Shown in pieces: positions 28,635 to 32,000 of a stretch of DNA of 32,000 nucleotides. The position numbers were made by a program, and so were the translations under genes. This DNA comes from Candidatus Saccharimonadota bacterium (lineage in GTDB: Bacteria > Pseudomonadota > Gammaproteobacteria > Johnevansiales > Johnevansiaceae): assembly GCF_000300075.1 (NCBI RefSeq), contig NC_018677.1, positions 319,659 to 351,658 on the forward strand, written 5' to 3'. The notes under the pieces are model-generated. The model did not search any database. It was not told the DNA's origin and saw only the letters and a program-made list of their open reading frames with translations. Every line of letters starts with the position of its first letter. The stretch's first letter is position 1.

Positions 28635-29652
28635 TACTTGTATTATAAGCTAGTTGTTGTTGTGTTTTGTAAAAATAATATGGGTTTGCTGTTATTTTTT
28701 GTTTTAAAAGGTGTTTTTTTTGTTAGTTATTTGTTCAACTGTTTATATCGTATATTAGAGTTTTGAGTTTGGATATTGTTAGTTATTTAAATTATAGTAA
28801 TAATATAATCAGTATATGTAAAAGGTTTGAGGTTTGAGGTTTAGTAGCAAGTGTTTAAGGTTTAGTATTTTTTAGAAAATATGTATTTGGTGTTTTGTGT
28901 TATTAAAATGCAGTTATGCAGTTATCTGTTTTGTGATAGCTGTTATAAACTTGTTAGAGGTGTTGTTTATAAACTTATTTAGGTTGTTAAGTTATATATA
29001 TTGTGTAATGTTTACAGTTTATATTATCTAGTAGTTGTTAAAATCAGAAAGTTTTTGCTGTAAAGGTTTAAATTATTTAATAGTTGTACTTTCTTAAAAT
29101 TATTATTATTTTTTGTTTTATGTTTAGTAAAAAACAGTTGTATGAAGTAGAAAGAAGTTTTATTGTTAGGTTGCTAAAAAAAAGGGTTAGAAGTTAGTTA
29201 TTATCAGTTAGTAGTTAAGTGTATAGTTGTTATATGAAAGAGAAAAGAAATAAGTGGAAAGTGTAAGAGGATGTTGTAGGTTGAGTGGTTGCTTAAAAGA
29301 TTAAAGAGGTGTTTTAAAAGATGTTATGGTTTAGAGTTTAGTTATTAGATATTTTTTGTTAGATGTTGTTGTTGTAAATTATCTGTTAGAGTTTGCTTAT
29401 AATAAAGGTTGTATGAAGAAGAAAGAATGTTAGTCTGTTAGATGTTGTTTAAAAAAGAGGATAAAGAGTAGCTTAAAAAGTTATTGTAAAATTAGATGTT
29501 TAATTATTAATTGTTAGATGATATCTGTAAGATGTTAATTTGTTTGTTATTAGAGGTTTATTTATTAGTTGTTGTTTGTTAGAGAATTGGTTGTTGTTAA
29601 ATCAGTTAGAGTTTGTAGGTTTATTAATTAGAGGTTAGTTTTTAAAAGACTT

Positions 29653-29687
29653 TAGATCTTAGATCTTAGATCTTAGATTGTAGATTA
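29653..29687. repeat. Heptamer array (TAGATCT)x3 TAGATTG TAGATTA
   Basis: Read directly from the sequence. Each of the first three units contains the palindrome AGATCT. The TAGATTG/TAGATTA vocabulary also occurs at 17621-17641. Confidence 0.9.
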
Positions 29688-31350
29688 AAATAGTTTTTAT
29701 ATTTTTTGTATTAAAACAAACAAACAGTTAATCATAATAGTTGTATTAAAAAATCTTAAAAAATGTAAAAGTGTTAGTGTTATAAAAAAAAATAAAGAAG
29801 TTGAAGGTAAAAGGTTTGATAAATATAATTGGTTGTACATATTAAAAAAAAATGGGTTATAGGAGTTGTTTAAAGAGGTAGATTCATTAGAAATTTGTAT
29901 TATAAGAGGAGTTGTTATAGATGTTTGTTTTAAATGATGTTGTTTTTTAGATAGTTGTTTAATGAGTGTGTTTTGAAATGAAATTTGTATAATGGAAAAG
30001 GTAAGTTAGAGGAGGAAAAAAGAAGAGTTGTATACAGAAGAGGTAAGACGAAGTTTGATATAAAAAAGTTGTTAGAAGGTGTTTAGTAGGCAAGGAGAAT
30101 AAGACGTAAATTAATAGAAAAAGGTTGTTAGATGTGGTTGGTAAGATGCTTAGTTCAAAGTTTGTAGGTTAAAGTTGATAGGTTAGATGTTGCTTTATAG
30201 GGTTGTGATTTTGGTGGTTGTTTTTTTGAAAGTGATATTTTATTTGTTATGATAAATGGTTAGAGAAGTGTTGTTAAAAGTTAAATAAAAGTTTTTTGTT
30301 AGTGTGTTTGATAAAATATGTTATATGTAAAAGGTTGTATTAAAGAGTAAAGTTATTAGAGGATGGTTAGTAAATGTTGTAAGTTGATAGTTTATTTGTT
30401 AGGTTAGAGGAAAAATTAATTAAGTTGAATGTTGTAAAATAATTGTTAGGTTAGTGTTAAGTAAAAAAATGTTAAAGGTTGTAAGCTAAAAGTGGTTGTT
30501 TGTTAAATGAGGATTGGTTAGTTGTTAGTTGTGAGTTTGTTAATAAGTTAGGTTGCTAAAAAAAAGTTTATAGTTGTAAGTTAGTTGTTTGTTAAAAAAG
30601 GTTATGTGATTATTATGTAAGAGTTGTACGAAAAGTTGTATGGTGTAAGAGAATTATTAGGTTAGAGAAAAAGTTGTAAAGCAATAGAGTAGTATGAAAA
30701 AAAGAGAAAGAAATGCTTGTTAGAGGTAATTGCTTAGATGTTAGTTGTTATTACAAAAAACAAATAAATGTATAAAAGGAAATAAATGGAAGTTGTTAGA
30801 TGATAAAAAGGTTAGTTGTTAGAATAAAATTGTGTTAAGAATTGAGGTAAAATAAACAAGATATGTTGTACAGATAAGAAAGCAAACAAGTTGTAGTATA
30901 ATATGTAGTGATATTAGTTATAATTGTTGGTTAGTAAATTTTTGTGTTATGTCATGACAATTGTTGGTAGTTAGATAATTGTTGTTTGTTAGGTTTTGCT
31001 GTTAATTAAAAGAGTTTGAAAAAGTTAGGTTTTGCTGTTAACTAAGTTACAAAAGTTGTATTTATATATAATAGGGTAGTAGTTAGTATTAAGTTGATAG
31101 ATGTGTTATGTAAATTTGTTATGCTAATACAAAAAAAACAGTTAAGGCAAAAAAAAAAGAGTTATACAAAGGGTGAAGAATGTTAGTTGTTAGTTGTTAG
31201 TTGTGTATTTGTGTTAGGAAATGATGAAAAAAGTTGATTGTTAGTATTAGGAAAAGTTTGTTGTGTAGGTATGTAAGAGGATTGGTGTAGATGTGTAGGT
31301 AGGGGATGCAGTTATGTGTAAGGGTTTTGTGGTAAATGGTTAGTTAAAAA

Positions 31351-31413
31351 CAGTTAGCAGTTAGCAGTTAGCAGTAGCAGTAGGAGTAGGAGTAGGAGTA
31401 GGTGTAGGTGTAA
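31351..31413. repeat. (CAGTTAG)x3 heptamers followed by a hexamer ladder CAGTAGx2, GAGTAGx3, GTGTAG, GTGTAA
   Basis: Read directly from the sequence. The period changes from 7 to 6 at 31372. The hexamer blocks differ by single substitutions. Confidence 0.95.
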
Positions 31414-32000
31414 AGAAATTAGAGGATAGATAATGGTTGTTTAGAATGTAGATAAAAGAGGTTAGGTTTGATTACTTGTAAAGTGTAAGGAGGTATATTA
31501 GGTGTATGTTTGTTAATAAGGGGTTAGTAAGTAGTTAGGTTAAAAAGAATGGTTTGTTGTTGTTAAATAAAGTTGTAGGAAAAGCGAAGTAGAGAGAAGA
31601 AAAAAAGATATAAGCAGTTAGTGGTTGTAGGTAGTTTGGTAAAAAAAGTAAATATATAAAGGTGTGTTGATTAAAGTTCAAAAGATTGGCATTGGAGAGT
31701 AAAAATTATTAGTGTTGTGTGTGTAGATGTTAAAAGCAAAATTTGGTATACAAGAGTATTGCTTATAAGTGAAAAAGAAGTAAAGAGTTGTGTTGAATAG
31801 TTATGCGTAAATGAAGGAGGTTATGTAGGTGTTGTAGTTATGCGTTTAGAAAGTTGTAAAAAGGTTGTTATGTAATGGTAAACAGGTTGTAAAAAGAGGT
31901 TGGTTACGTGAAAAAAGATCAAAGTAAAAAAAAATGGATAGATTAGAATAAAAATAAGTAAAAATTAATATAAAAAAGATTAGATTAAAGAGGTAGTAAA

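Overview
This is an AT-rich, gene-sparse window that looks like part of a highly reduced obligate bacterial endosymbiont genome. The standard genetic code fits, because every conserved ORF is full length without recoding.

Recognisable genes:
- **Repair:** mutS.
- **Minus-strand block:** hisB-hisH, then a 2.3 kb spacer, then hisA-hisF-hisC-thrB(type II)-AI-2E/PerM-like permease.
- **RNA genes:** tRNA-Thr(CGU), a tRNA-Phe/Gln/Thr(UGU) cluster, and a convergent one-piece tmRNA (ssrA).
- **Singletons:** rluD-like pseudouridine synthase and a MarC-family membrane protein.
- **Plus-strand block:** ilvI-ilvH-ilvC-rpsP-rimM(decayed)-rplS-hom-thrC. trmD is missing from its usual place.
- **Divergent pair:** smpB and grpE.

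Summing the coordinates, about 57% of the window (roughly 18.3 kb) lies in recognisable genes. The other 43% or so is in large spacers: 1-694, 3245-6264, 10888-13166, 17236-19479, 26590-27570 and 28635-32000.

The spacers are the unusual part.
- They are close to three-letter DNA. One strand almost lacks C, or almost lacks G, for hundreds of bp at a time.
- They are built largely from a shared family of period-7 tandem repeats, which often change stepwise from block to block.
- The depletion polarity flips twice. The + strand is C-poor at 1-600, G-poor at about 600-14450, and C-poor from about 15100 to the end.

No mobile elements, CRISPR arrays or defence genes were seen.

Taxonomic guess (inference from memory only, not a search): several features resemble the whitefly symbiont Candidatus Portiera aleyrodidarum of the Bemisia lineage. 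These are the type II ThrB, the hom-thrC and ilvIHC arrangements, the bias toward essential-amino-acid genes, and the expanded repeat-rich spacers. Expanded, repeat-rich intergenic regions and rearrangements have, as far as I recall, already been reported for that lineage. The spacer phenomenon may therefore not be entirely new.
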